A stretch of 64,000 bases of DNA. It comes from Mustelus asterias (lineage: Eukaryota). Positions 27,301 through 40,400 of the stretch are shown here, in pieces; within the stretch, counting starts at the first letter, position 1; every line of letters begins with the position of its first letter. Both the position numbers and the translations under genes were made by a program. The notes beneath the pieces are model-generated. The model was not told the DNA's origin and searched no databases. It saw nothing but the letters and a program-made list of their open reading frames with translations. The stretch is taken from contig NC_135805.1 in NCBI RefSeq assembly GCF_964213995.1, positions 47,492,001-47,556,000 of the forward strand, written 5' to 3'.

Positions 27301-30300
27301 CTTTCTGGAATGCAATGGATATCCTTAAAGCACTCCTCCTGCCTGATTTCTTTGCAGCATCAGAAGCCAACAATGTTTTCTCCATGTATCCTCTTTCCTC
27401 TCTGTCCATCAGAAGTGCCAGCCTACAAAATTAAACCAAAACAAACATGGAACTGTCTATGTGCAGAATCAGAGCACAGCCAATTCATAAAATCTCAAAG
27501 ACACATCAAAAGTTCAAAATCTGTCAGAATGCCCAAAGCAAAGTAGATACATTTCATGAATGATTAGGTGAGTTGTTTCATGCTGCATGGTATCGAGCTT
27601 CTGTTGGAGTTGCATTTATCCAGGCAAGGGGAGAACATTCCACCACAGGTAGTGGAGATGATGGACAGGCTTTGGGGAGTCATGGATGAGTTACCTTCTG
27701 CAGAATTCCCAGCCTGTGATGTGCTCTTCTCGCACCAGCCCACTCCCCACCCAACACACACACAGATGTTGATGTGGCGGCTTCAGTGACAGTAAAGGTC
27801 AAAGGGAGATAATTAGATTCTCTCCTGTTGGAGATGTTCATTGCCTGGCACTTGTGTGATGCAAATGTTACTTGCCACATCAGGCCATGCCTGAATGTTG
27901 CCCAGGTCTTGCTACACGCGGACGTGGACCACTTTGTTGAGGGATTCCAAATGGAGTTCAATTGCAATTGGTGAACAGCCCAACTTGATGATTGAAAAAA
28001 GATCAATGAAGTTAACTGAACCTAGGACATTGCCCTGTGGGACTCCTGCCATGATGTTTGTGGCTCAGATGACTGATCAACTGCAGCCATCTTCTTCTGT
28101 GCTAGATACGCCAGATAGTTATTGACTACAACTCAGCCTTCAACACCATTAACCCAACAAAGCTCACTTCCAAACTCTGTGGCCTAAGGCTCGGCTCCTC
28201 CCTCTGGATCCAAGACTTCATAACTCACAGACCGCAAACAACAAGGATAGGCAATCTCCTCCAAGATTATGGGGCGGCACAGTGGTTAGCACTGCTGTTT
28301 CACAGCACCAGAGACCTGGGTTCACTTCCGGCCTCGGGTCACCGTCTGTGTGGAATTTGCACATTTTCCCCGTGTCTGCGTGGGTTTTCTCTGGTGCTCT
28401 GGTTTCCTTCCACAGTCCAAAGATATGGGGGTTAGGTTAATTGGCTATGATAAATTGATCCTAGTGTCAGGGGATTATCAGGGTAAATATATGGGGTTAT
28501 GGGAATAGGGCCTGGGTGGGATTGTGGTCGGTGCAGATATGATAGGCTGAATGGCCTCCTTCTGTACTGTAATGATTCTATGACTTCGATTATCCTCAAC
28601 ACCTGTGCCCTGCCAAAATTCTTCGGTTTTGGGGAGAGTGCGATCGGAGAATTCCGCCCATGATGTTTTGTCTGTACAGCCCCAAAAAACCCTCCAACAC
28701 ATGTGACAATAATAAATCAAATCAAATGCAATGCCAACCTATGCAGTGTTCATCCTCTCAACCCTACCAATTTCCTTGGTGCCACACTCAGTTAAATACT
28801 GCCAAGAGGTAACGGTGCTCATTTGGTCCTCTGGGATTCCACTCTTGTACCTATTCTTGGGCCCAGGATGTACTGAGGCCTCAGGCAGAATAGATCTGCT
28901 GGGACCCAAGCTGAGCAAATACGATAACTAGAGCACAGATTTCTGGCTTTAAGCCCAATTGATTTTGCTAAAGTAATTTTGCTTACCTGTTAGCAATGGA
29001 GCGGAGCTGTGTTTGAAGCTCTTTTGAACAATGTAGCCCAGAATATGCCATAGAATTTAGTAAAATATCCAAATGCTGCTGGTTCCATCGGGGGTCCAAA
29101 GGAATTGCGGCACTTTCTGCAAAAGAAAAGTGGTTGAGTGGCAGGCCACAGAAAATAGGGATAATGAGTAGGTACTCAAATTGGCAGGATGTGACTAGTG
29201 GTGTCCCACAAGGATCTGTGTTAGAGCCTCAATCAGTCACATTATTTATTAATGACTTGGATAATGGCATAGAAAGTCATTTTGCTGAAGACACAAAGTT
29301 AGACGGCATTGTGGACAGTGTAGACAATAGCATAAAATTACCAAGGGATATTGATAGACCAGGTGAATGGGCAAAACTGTAGCAGATAGATTACAATGTA
29401 AGCAAGTGCGAGGTTATTCATTTTTGGACTGAAAATGGAAAGATCAGGGTACTTTCTAGATGGTATGAAGTTAAATACAGTAGAAATCCAAAGAGGCTTG
29501 GGGGTTCAGGTGCATAAATCTTTAAAATGCCACAGGTGCAGAAAATATTCAAGAAGGTAAATGGAATGCTTCCCTTTGTATCTAGAGGACTAGAATACAA
29601 GGACACATGTACAAAACCCTGGTTAGACCCCGCTTGGAGTACTGTGGGCAGATCTGGGTACCACACTTTAGGAAGAGTATATTGGCCTTGGAGGGAGTGC
29701 AGCGTAGGGTTACATGAATGATACCTGGACTTCAGCGATCAAGTTATGAGCAGAGATTACAAAAAATTAGACCTGTTTTCTCTAGTATTCAGAAGGTTAA
29801 GGGGTGTTCTGATTGAAGTCTTCAAGATATTAACAAGTAAAGACAGTGTAGATAAAGATAAACTATTTCCACTGTTTGGAGATTCTAGAACTGGGCGGCA
29901 AAGTCTAAAAATTATGGCTAGACCATTCAGGAGAGATGTTAGGAAGCACTTCTACACAGAAAGGGTGGTAGAAGCTTGGAACTCACCTCCAACAAACAGC
30001 ACTTGATGGTAGATCAGTTGCTAATTTTAAATCGGAGATAGATTTTTTTTGTTAAGCAAAGGTATTAAGGGATATAAGCCAAAGGCAGGTATATGGAGTT
30101 AGACCACAGGTCAGCTATGATCTCATTGAATGGCAGAATAGGCACAAAGGGCTGAATGGCCTACTCTTGTTCCTATAAAAGAAACATTGAACTGCTCAAC
30201 CTTTTTGACCAAGATGTTTCTTTGGTGCATGGTGTAGAGAAAGGGAAGATGCTGTTTGCACCCAATCCTAGCAGAAAAATACCTGTAAGACACATCTATA

Positions 30301-33300
30301 CTTGGAATTCATTCATTGACATGTTGAAGAGGGATGGTTCAGAATTTGTAAATTTCAGTACTTTTGGCTGAATTAGTAATGCTCCCACCAGTGTACGTTT
30401 CACACATTGATGGAGTATATAACCTAGGCTGACACAAAATGTAGAGGAAATGCAACATTTTGGAGGTGGCCTTTTTCAGATAAAGCTTCATCTGCCATTG
30501 CTGATTGTTCACACTTATAAAAGATACCACAATCCTACTTGAATGGGGGATTCACCCGGTGTTGAACAATATTCAACCCCAACTACACCAAAAACAAAAT
30601 AAATAGGGAATGGAAGTCTTGCGGGCCTTTGCTTTGTGATCATTGATGCCATGTCCAGTGATTAGACTTCAAAATTAATGTACCGACTGAAGCCTTAAAA
30701 CGAAGATCAAAAGCTACATAAATTAATACATAGTATCTTTTCATATCATTTATAACAGCTAAAGAAATGTTCAGGTGCGCAAAGTTAATTCATTGGGGAG
30801 AATGTTTGCTCCAAGAAAAATAAATTGTAGAAAGTATTTCACATTAATTCATGTTTATACTGCAGCATTTTCCTTGCCAAGAGGGGAAGGTTGTTGTGGA
30901 CACAGCGCGGTTTTAAGCATTCATAAGATTGTTTTTAATGGCTGGAATTCTCCGGTCTCACACACCTTGCTACCACTGCCAGCAAGAGGAGAATTTGGCA
31001 CTCAGCCAAATCTCCGTTCACTGCAGCAGGACCAGATAATCCCAGCTGTGGGTGAGGTCAGAGAATCTGGCCCAAGTGTGTTTAAGTTTATTGAAGTGTC
31101 TTTACGAATAAAGAGTGATAGTAATATTATAAAATCAATAATAAGAGTCTTGTGGATAAAGTGCTGGTGACATTTCCAAAGAACACAGGCAAATTAAAAG
31201 ATTTTGAAGAATTTTTTAAAAAGTCTGGACCAACGTCCCATGTTCTCTGAAGTACAGAGCAGGGTTATAAAATATACAAGATTTACAAACACCCATAATA
31301 AATTGTTCTCTTGCGCTTGCTCCCTTTGCGAATTGTCATATTTCAAGTTAAGGGCAAGGGCAGATAGTCAAAGCAATATTAAACATACATATTTTCTCAG
31401 GAAACAGTTCAGGTACAGCACCCGGTTTTGGACGCCCCATTATGAAAAACTAAATTAAAAACCCTAGAAAGCATGGATTCACCAAAGCTGGGAAACTAGA
31501 GTCTCAGGAAGATACTGAAGTTATTGCTACTGGATCAGAGGAGCCAAGACACGAATCCATAGAGATTTTTAAAATTATGAAGGTCTATTGATAGGGAAAG
31601 ATCACCTCCCCCAGTTGGGGAATGAGGGAGGTGCAGGGGGGGAGATCATCCAAGGACAAAGGAACACCACCATTTATCGGCTTTGGTGAAAAATTTGTGC
31701 TATTCAGTCAGTTAAGTCCATTCGACATCTCTCCATCCCCCAATTATGTAATTAGTTCACCCGAAAATAAAAATGAGCAGACCCTGAACTAAACAAAAAG
31801 GCCAATGTTCCCATTGATAAAAGAGTACGTTACCATTTGCATCGAGCTGTAGTTGCTGTATAACTTCTTTCATTCCTGCAGGCAGTACACTGGCGTAAGC
31901 TACATTAAGAGCTTTCGCCCCTGCCTCTAACTGGGCACACACCAACTCTGTAGGTACAAAAAGCCACATTACTAACTCAATTACTATATATACAAATTCT
32001 AATAGTGTAATTTTGAGCTTTTACTTGTCAATGACCCTATACAATCCACATCACATTTTATTGCTTTACATACCGTTAGAATTCATATCATTCACACTTT
32101 CCTAAGAATGTGCAAAGTCAGGTTTATCAGTCATACTCCATACATATTTTGTACCAATTAAATACAAATATTAATGAAATTATTTAAATAATATTTACAT
32201 CACTTATGTATAGGTGAAGATCTTCATCATTATTTAGGGTACAAATTAGAATACAATTTTGTGCACTAGCAGACATTACACTGTCAAGTGCAACTTCATT
32301 CTTTCCTGGGATATGAGCATTACTGGCAAGGCCAATATTAGTTGCTCATCCCTATCTGCCTTTAAAAGGTGATGGTGAGCTGCCTTCCCGGTGTAGGTAC
32401 ACCGACTGTGTAGTGAGAAAGTCTTCAGTATGTGGCGTCAACTGATGATCCCCCAGTTTTACAAAAGAAAAGTCATTAACAATGATTTGACTAACTAGCA
32501 AGACAGAAGCGCATCATCAAGTATACATGGTTGAACACTGATAGTTGCGGCACACTACCTGGTAAGTGTCTGTGGTTCTTTGCTGTGTGGCACAACCACC
32601 TGGCTCTTAACAGCCAATCTTGATTTGATGCTTTCTCTGTGACCAGCCTGACAGCAGCAGGAACCATTGACAACTCGTCAGCGACTTGAACTGCTGTTCT
32701 ACGGTTGTGGAATAAAAGACTGTCCATGTTGTTGGATTGCAAAACTAGCTCGAGATCAGTCAGAGTCAGAGGTCGAGACCTGATTCAGGGAAGCGAGAAC
32801 AACATCATTTACAAACATTGTTTTGCAGAAACATCCAACATTGTTAAAAACATACAACTCCCAGGTTTTCCCTCATAGCTCACACACGGATTTGGAATAT
32901 CTGCACTACTGGCGAGTGACACTTTTTGCTGCGCTTAACCATTTTTAACCAAGGTAAACAGAAAATGATATTAGCAATTCAGATAACAAATACATTGGAA
33001 ATAATCCAACTTTTAAGAAGTTTGCCCTTTTCTAAATTTTCCCGAATGCCTTCAGCCCACCTGTTGTTGTTCAGGCTCAGTTGGTTCAAATAGTAGGCAA
33101 GCACCTGTCCATCCCGATGAACCATGGACAGCATGGATTCCTCCGCCGTAAACATTGCTGATGGGATAGAATCTGGCCACAATCCCATAGAGACCAAAGA
33201 ATCACCCCAGGACTGGGGTGACATCAAAGTAAGTTTGTGTTTCTCCACCAGTTCTTGCGCTTGCTGCAACATAAAAGAATAATAATTTGATGGCTCTCAA

Positions 33301-36300
33301 AATAACCCACGCCATATTTAAATTCTTTTACTTTCAACTCAAATGTAATTTTGACCAAGGCGGCGGAAAATTGAAGATAGCTTCTCAGGTGAAAGCATTG
33401 ACAATAACTTTAACATGAATTAAAATACATCTGAGAGATTGTGCACTATGCGATACTGCTGTCTGAACGGTAACTCACTATTTATAATGTTAATAAATAT
33501 ACATGCTTGGCGATATTTGTGCTAAAATGTTAATTTCCTCCAACCCAAGTCTGAGATCAACCAACCAACTCAAGAACCGCTTCTTCCTTGCTGCCATCAG
33601 AGTTTTGAATGGAGCTTCCATATATTAAGTTGATCTTTCTCTACACCCTAGCTATGAATGTCACACTACATTCTGCACTGTCTCCTTTCATCTCCCCTAT
33701 GTTCTCTATGTACGGCATGCTTTGTCTGTATAGCCTGTAAAAAACAATACTTTTCACTGTATACCAATATATGTGACAAAAATAAATCAAACCAAAAAAT
33801 TTGTTACAAGTTGTGAACTCCCTTCAGAAGAGAGTTCCTAACCCTCACCTCCTGATGAGCTCGAGACGTCTGTGAAAGGACAAACGCTTCAGAGCAAGCT
33901 CGATGGAATGCCTCCGCCAAGCTGAGACCATGTTGTAGCTGCTGAACAATGAGAACAGCAGCGTGGAGAAGAGACGAGATGGAGGAAGAAGTACCTTTAT
34001 TTTTAAAGAAAAAAGGAAAAATAAAGTGATAAATCAGAGGCATTCAAAGATATCAGGCTAATTCCAAGGATGAAAGGGTTGACGTACAAGGAGAGATTAA
34101 ATAGTTTGGGCTTATACTTGCTGGAGTTTAGATGGATGAGGGGGATCTGATTGAGGTAAAATTTTAAGAGGGGTTGATAAAGTAAATGTAGACCAAATGT
34201 TTCCTCTTATGGGGCAATCTAGAATAAGAGATCACAGGAATAGGTTGAGGGGCAGTAGACTTAGCACTGAGATGAGGAGGAACTACTTCTCACAGAGGAT
34301 GGTGAATTTGTGGAACTCGCTGCCCCAAAGGGTGCTGGAGTCCGAATCATTGAATGGTTTAAAGGAGGAGATAGATATATTTCTAGCATAAAAAGGGATA
34401 AGGGAATGTGGGGAACAGGTGGGGAGGTGGATTTGAGACCAGGGAGAGATCAGCAGTGATCTGATTGAATGGCGGAGCAGGCTCAAAGGGCTGAATTTGC
34501 CCACATCTGCTCTTAATCCCTATGTGCCTATATCTTTTTCTACACAAAGGCTTAATTTACAGTCACCTGAACTAAACATTTCACATTGGCATCTCCAAAC
34601 CCAAACCTAATACAAGATGAGCAACTGGGATATGTAACAGTTCCAACAAAATATAGGAACACTTCCGTTCATTCTGACAGTTTACCAAAAGAGTTGAATT
34701 TGATTGATTTTGAATGTTTGGGGTTTACCTGCTGCGATTTCCTTTACTTCCGAATACAGTGCCATCAACTCATTACATGGATGGTCTCCGATGAAACCAA
34801 GTCCGTGTAACAGCGTTTTAAAATCCTGTTTATCCAAAGGGTCGTTATGCTCGCCTGCAACATGGATTTCAATCCCACGATTTCTCATGGCCCGAGAGAT
34901 TTCCCCGTGAGCTGGGTCCATCGTCATAAACAGCCTATTTTGAAGTAAAGAGGCAGTTAAATGTGAAGCCTGAAAATAGTATCAGCCGAGGACATTTTTA
35001 CAACACTATGGAGGTTCACAGAAGGTGAACTTAGAGAGGCTTGTGAGCTCATTACAAGAATATACAAGTGTTCAGAAGTATCAAATATTAATTACTTTTC
35101 CATGTTTGAGGAATGATAATTGGAACACAGGATGAAGAGCAGATGGACCTGCTCAAGAGGGCAATGGTTGGCAATGTGATTCAGTGGAGAAAAACAACTC
35201 CTTTCTGGAGGATAGGCTGAGGGAGTGAAAAGTGAAAAAAGGAGAGGTTGGCAGGATTTAAGTTCAGTTATTTATAAAGTGTCACAAGTAGGCTTACATT
35301 AACACTGCAATGAAGTTACTGTGAAAATCCCCAGTCGCCACACTCCAACACTTGTTCGAGTACACTGAGGGAGAATTTAGCATGGCCAATGCACCTAACC
35401 AGCGCGTCTTTTGCACTGTGGGAGGAAACACACGCAGATCGGAGAGAACGTGCAGACTCCGCACAGACAGTCCCAAACTGTGAATCGAACCCAGGTCCCT
35501 GGTGCTGTGAGGCAGCAGTGCTAACCACAGGGCCAAGCACCAAGTCTATACTCAACTTCTTGCAGCAAAACAAAACAACTTCACCTCAGGTCAGCAGTAC
35601 CAATATTATGCTAAGTTTCATGAATTTTCATGTGGTTCATTACTCCTTTGCATCAGTGGCTGTTAGGACGGACAGTGTGTGTTGTTATTATTGTCAATAA
35701 ATTGAAATATGCATATTAAAGAGTGGAGAGAAAAATTGCAGATGGTTTGTGTCCCATGTAGTTCAAGGCTGTGAGAAGAAAGCCCTTCAGTCAATGCGAG
35801 AAGTTTCACCCTCCTGGGCCCAAGTCAAGCCAATTAGTAGGAAGTGAGCTGTTGGATGGGTTGGAGGTGGGGCTGCATCTACACGGCAAATTACTCTGAA
35901 ATTCATCAATGGAAAGCCTTCTTCATCGATAAAACATCAAAGAGACAGTCTGTGAATGGCAGAGAGGGGATGGAATGGCAATTACAGAACAGGTAGCAGA
36001 GAAGGTAAGACTTGATTACTGGTTGGAGTTAGTTGCCATCCCTCCAGACTGCAAAATTGAGGAATGGCAGAGGTTTGATTCAGAAATCCCCATTTTTGAA
36101 GAATAATGTCTTGGACCATTGAGCATGGGCTGGAAACCACAGTTTTTAAAAACAGCTTTCCTGTCATTTGTTTTTTTTAAAATGAAAATTGGTTTGATTT
36201 GCCTTTGAGGTTTCTGTGCAACTTCCAGGTTTGTGCTCTCGAACATACTGGGAAACAAGTATCTTGCCAATGGAGTGATTTGGCCCAATATTTTTTCTAA

Positions 36301-37383
36301 ATGGAACATTAATTCTCTGTTGTACAGGATTCCACACAAAAAACCCCAGTTTAAAAATGCCAGTTAATACTGTGACATACAAAAGTAAAATCCATCACAG
36401 TAACACAAAATATGCCTGACATGAAATGAAAAGCTTTTGATAGGAGGTTGACATAGGGAATCTCATTGCATTTGAACAAAATTTCATAATGTTTCTGTAT
36501 ACCGTATTCATTATTCACAATGTGGTCTCCTCTATGGCGGGCAGACCAAGCATAGACTGGGTGACCATTCTGCAGAACATCTCCATTCGGTCTTCAGACG
36601 TAACCCTGAGATTCCTACCTAATTTTCCATCTTGCTCCCACTCTTGAGCTCTCTGTTCATGGCCTGTTACAGTGCTCCAATAAAGCTCAATGCAAGTTCA
36701 AGGAACAGCACCACGCCTTTCAATTAAACACTCTACAGCTAGAAGGGCCTCAGTGTAGAGTTCAACTTTAGATCATAACCTCTGCCTCCACCTTGTGTTG
36801 TGTTTGTTATTTTGGTGCCCTGTTTCTTCCTTTAGTCCATCACATTGCATTCGGATGGCCACTCTGCAATTATTCGTGCCTGATCTGGACATAACCCTTG
36901 ATCCTTTACTGTACCCATTATCATTTCCTTTGGCTCACATCATGTAACCTTGTGAATTAATCTCTCCTGCCTTCCACCATATCATGGACCTTCACTTTTT
37001 TTCTTCCTGCCCCCTTTTACTGACTTAAAAACTCTTAACATTTCTATCTTTTCTTCAGAAAAGCTCATCAACCAATGTTAACTCTTTCTCTCTACGAATG
37101 CTGTCTGATCTGTTGAGAATTTCCAGCATTTTTTGTTCAGATTTCCAGCATCCATAGCCCTTTGCTTGTGTTCATACTTTTTCTGCCTTGTTAACATTAA
37201 TTGCCTATTAACCGTGTTTACTTTGAGAAGGCAATGGGCATTAACTGGGGATTCATTTGTGCCTCTAGAGATTCTTGGTCAACTATGTAATGGGAAGAAA
37301 CTGGAGCCTTCACCATCACTATCCATAGCTCCAAGCTACATGTTAAAAAAGTGCATGTCGCCACAGAAACACTGACTCCGGGG

Positions 37384-37438
<55 letters not shown>

Positions 37439-40400
37439 TGTGTGTGTGAGAGAGAGTGCATGTGCGCTAAGATTGGGGTTGTGGTGTTGTGAGCTGGGCC
37501 TGCCCTTCGGACAGAGAACTGAGGAGTAAATAGACGCCAACCCAAATGTGGTTACTGGGTTAGGTGGTGCTCGCTTGGGATCTGCAAGTAAGGGTACCAT
37601 TAATTGCTTTTAGTGTTCAAAGATTGGCTCTAACTGGTTTCCGGAAATGTAACAGTTAATGTGTGCTGAAACATCTGGAATTAATCGCTTGCCCGAAATC
37701 GCCACTAGGAAAGCAAACACCTTTACTGCTTACCTGAAATTTGGGTGTGGGACAATTGTTGGGCTGGTGCCATCAATCACTCCCCGTTCACTGATGGTTA
37801 GCACCCCTCCAGGTTCCAAAAGAGCATTTAGACGATCAAGCACCGAAGGACTAAATAGTAAGTATAAAATATATATGATTAACAAATGGATAAATAGAAA
37901 TTTAAACTTCTGTGCATCAGTAAACTCAAGTTAAATTTACAGTGGATACAAATTCCTGCAATTTCCATACTGGGTTGTCACACACCAGGTGTGAAAGGAT
38001 ATGGTGCATTTTGCCTGCATTTTTATAGATTCCCTACAGTGCAGAAGGAGGCCATTCAGCCCATTAAGTCTGCACTGACCACAATCCCACCCAGACCTTA
38101 TCCTCACGTATTTTACCTTGTTAGTCACCCTGACACTATGGGTCAATTTAGCATGGCCAATCAACCTAAGCTGCGCATCTTTGGACTGAGGAAAAAATCG
38201 GAACACCCGGAGGAAACCCACACAGACACAGGGAGAATGTGCAAACTCCACACAGACAGTGACCCAAGCCGGGAATTGAACCCAGGTCCCTGGCGCTGTG
38301 AGGCAGCAGTGTTAACCACTGTGCCACCATGCCGCCCAAGTAAAGACCGACTTTGCACAGAGGCCTAATTTTGAGGACAACATTTACAACAAAGTCAGAA
38401 TCTGCAAAAATTATGGAACAATACTTTCAGATAATTGTCTTACCTGCAGAAGTTGACATTATCCAGCAGCAGCCAGTCACCGGAATTCAAAGCCTGTACA
38501 AGCATCCCATTAACCCACTCAAACGTGCCACGGCTTTGACCGTCCAAAGATTGACTGCGCTGGAGTTTAAATTGCTGGAATTCTGTGATCAACTCTGAAA
38601 ATTCTGAAGCACAAAGATAACAAACAACACGTTACTGACAATTACTCAAAAGGCTGCGCAACTTCTAAAGGAAACAATAAAAAAAGTTAATGTGCAAATA
38701 AACTAGCCGTTAAAGCTCTGACAGTAAATTTACGCAATTCAGACAGACATGCAACTCGCCTGCCACATCTAAGAAACACTTTCACAACTACAGTTTCCAC
38801 TCATCCACTTAGTGCCGTTGCAGCACAGTGGTTTGCACTGCTGCCTCACAGCGCCAGCGACCCGGGTTCAATTCTGGCCTTGAGTGACTGTGTGGAGCTT
38901 GCACATTCTCCCAGTGTCCGCGTGGGTTCCCTGCGGGTGCTCCCGTCTCCTCCCACAGTCCAAAGATGTGCAGGTTATGTGGATTGGCCATGCTGAATTG
39001 CCCTTTAGTGTCCCAAGATATGCAGGTTAGGGGGATTAGCGGGGTAAATACATGGGGTTATGGGAAAGGGTCTGGGCGGGATCCTCTGTCGGAGAGTTGG
39101 CGCAGACTCAATGGACCGAACAGCTTCCTTCTGCACTGCAAGTATCCTATGATTGCCGAAAGACTGCATTTGTATAAAATACCCTGTAATATTCATGATC
39201 TGGCATTATGGATGTATGACTACAAGTGTAGTGGTTAGCATTGCTGCCTCACAGCACCAGGGACCCGGGTTCAATTCCCGCCTTGGGGCACTGTCTGTGC
39301 AGAGTCTGCACGTTCTCCCCGTGCCTGCGTAGGTTTCCTCTGGGTGCTCCGGTTTCCTCCCACAGTCCAAAGATGTGCAGGTTAGGTGCATTGGCTATGC
39401 TAAATTCTCCCTCAATGTACTTGAACAGGCGCCGGAGTGTGACAACTAGGGGATTTTCACAGTAACTTCATTGCAGTGTTAATGTAAGCCTATTTGGGAC
39501 ACTAATAAATAAACTTAAAAAACTTAATGGGTTGGCAATCAGTAGAACAATTCTGCATGAGAAGTCAACAACTTCAGAAAGGAGTAAAATTATGGGAGGC
39601 TGGGGTCAGGCAGAATAATAAAAATTCTTCTAAATGAAGAAATGACTATTATCCAGGCGAAAAGAAATTGGCAAAACCTTCAGCACTGTAGCTAAAAAGC
39701 ATGTTTAAATTTACTCGTACAAAAAATAATTTCTACTGAGTAAATATTCAGAAATTTAAATGAGTTAATTTAGTCAGCATCTTTAAATAAAACTTAAGAA
39801 AAGCCAAGAAAAGCATACCTGAAGTGGAGAGCGTGTTCAGTTTGTTGTTAAAGCGCTGAAGAAGAATAAGCAAACTCTCTAGTTTGTTCATTGCATCAGA
39901 GGATATGCCAGAACTACGATCTTCATTCAGGCAACGCGAGTGACTGATCAGGAATGAATTCCAGAGTTTGAGAAGGACACCACCATCAGGGACAGTGTCT
40001 ACAGACAGCAGAATATCTCTGGTGACAGCACTGACAACATCCTTCACCTTCACAACTAAACTCTGCCAAGGGCGAAAAATGTCAACCTGCAAGTACACAG
40101 AAAACCCATCAACATGGTTCTCTACTCCTTCAGAATCTACCACCTTTCAGCTTTAGGTGAGAAAGTACATTGGTCATCATGTTCCTTCGACTCAAAAAAT
40201 ATATATATATTAAACATGTAAATTAGTCAAAACCAAGAGAAGCATTGAACTCGGCAAGAGCACCCACAAAGACTTACGGAAAAGCAAGTTCTTTATACAA
40301 GGTCATTTACAATATATGACTGTTACACTATATTCTGCACCTTCTCCTTTCCTTCTCCCCAATGTACTCTATGAACTGTATATTTTGTCTCTGTAGCACG

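Noticed and set aside
38460-38480. Walker B reading DN instead of DE in AAA D6 as a novel mutation
   Set aside because: As recalled, human midasin also has MDNVN here, so it is a conserved family feature
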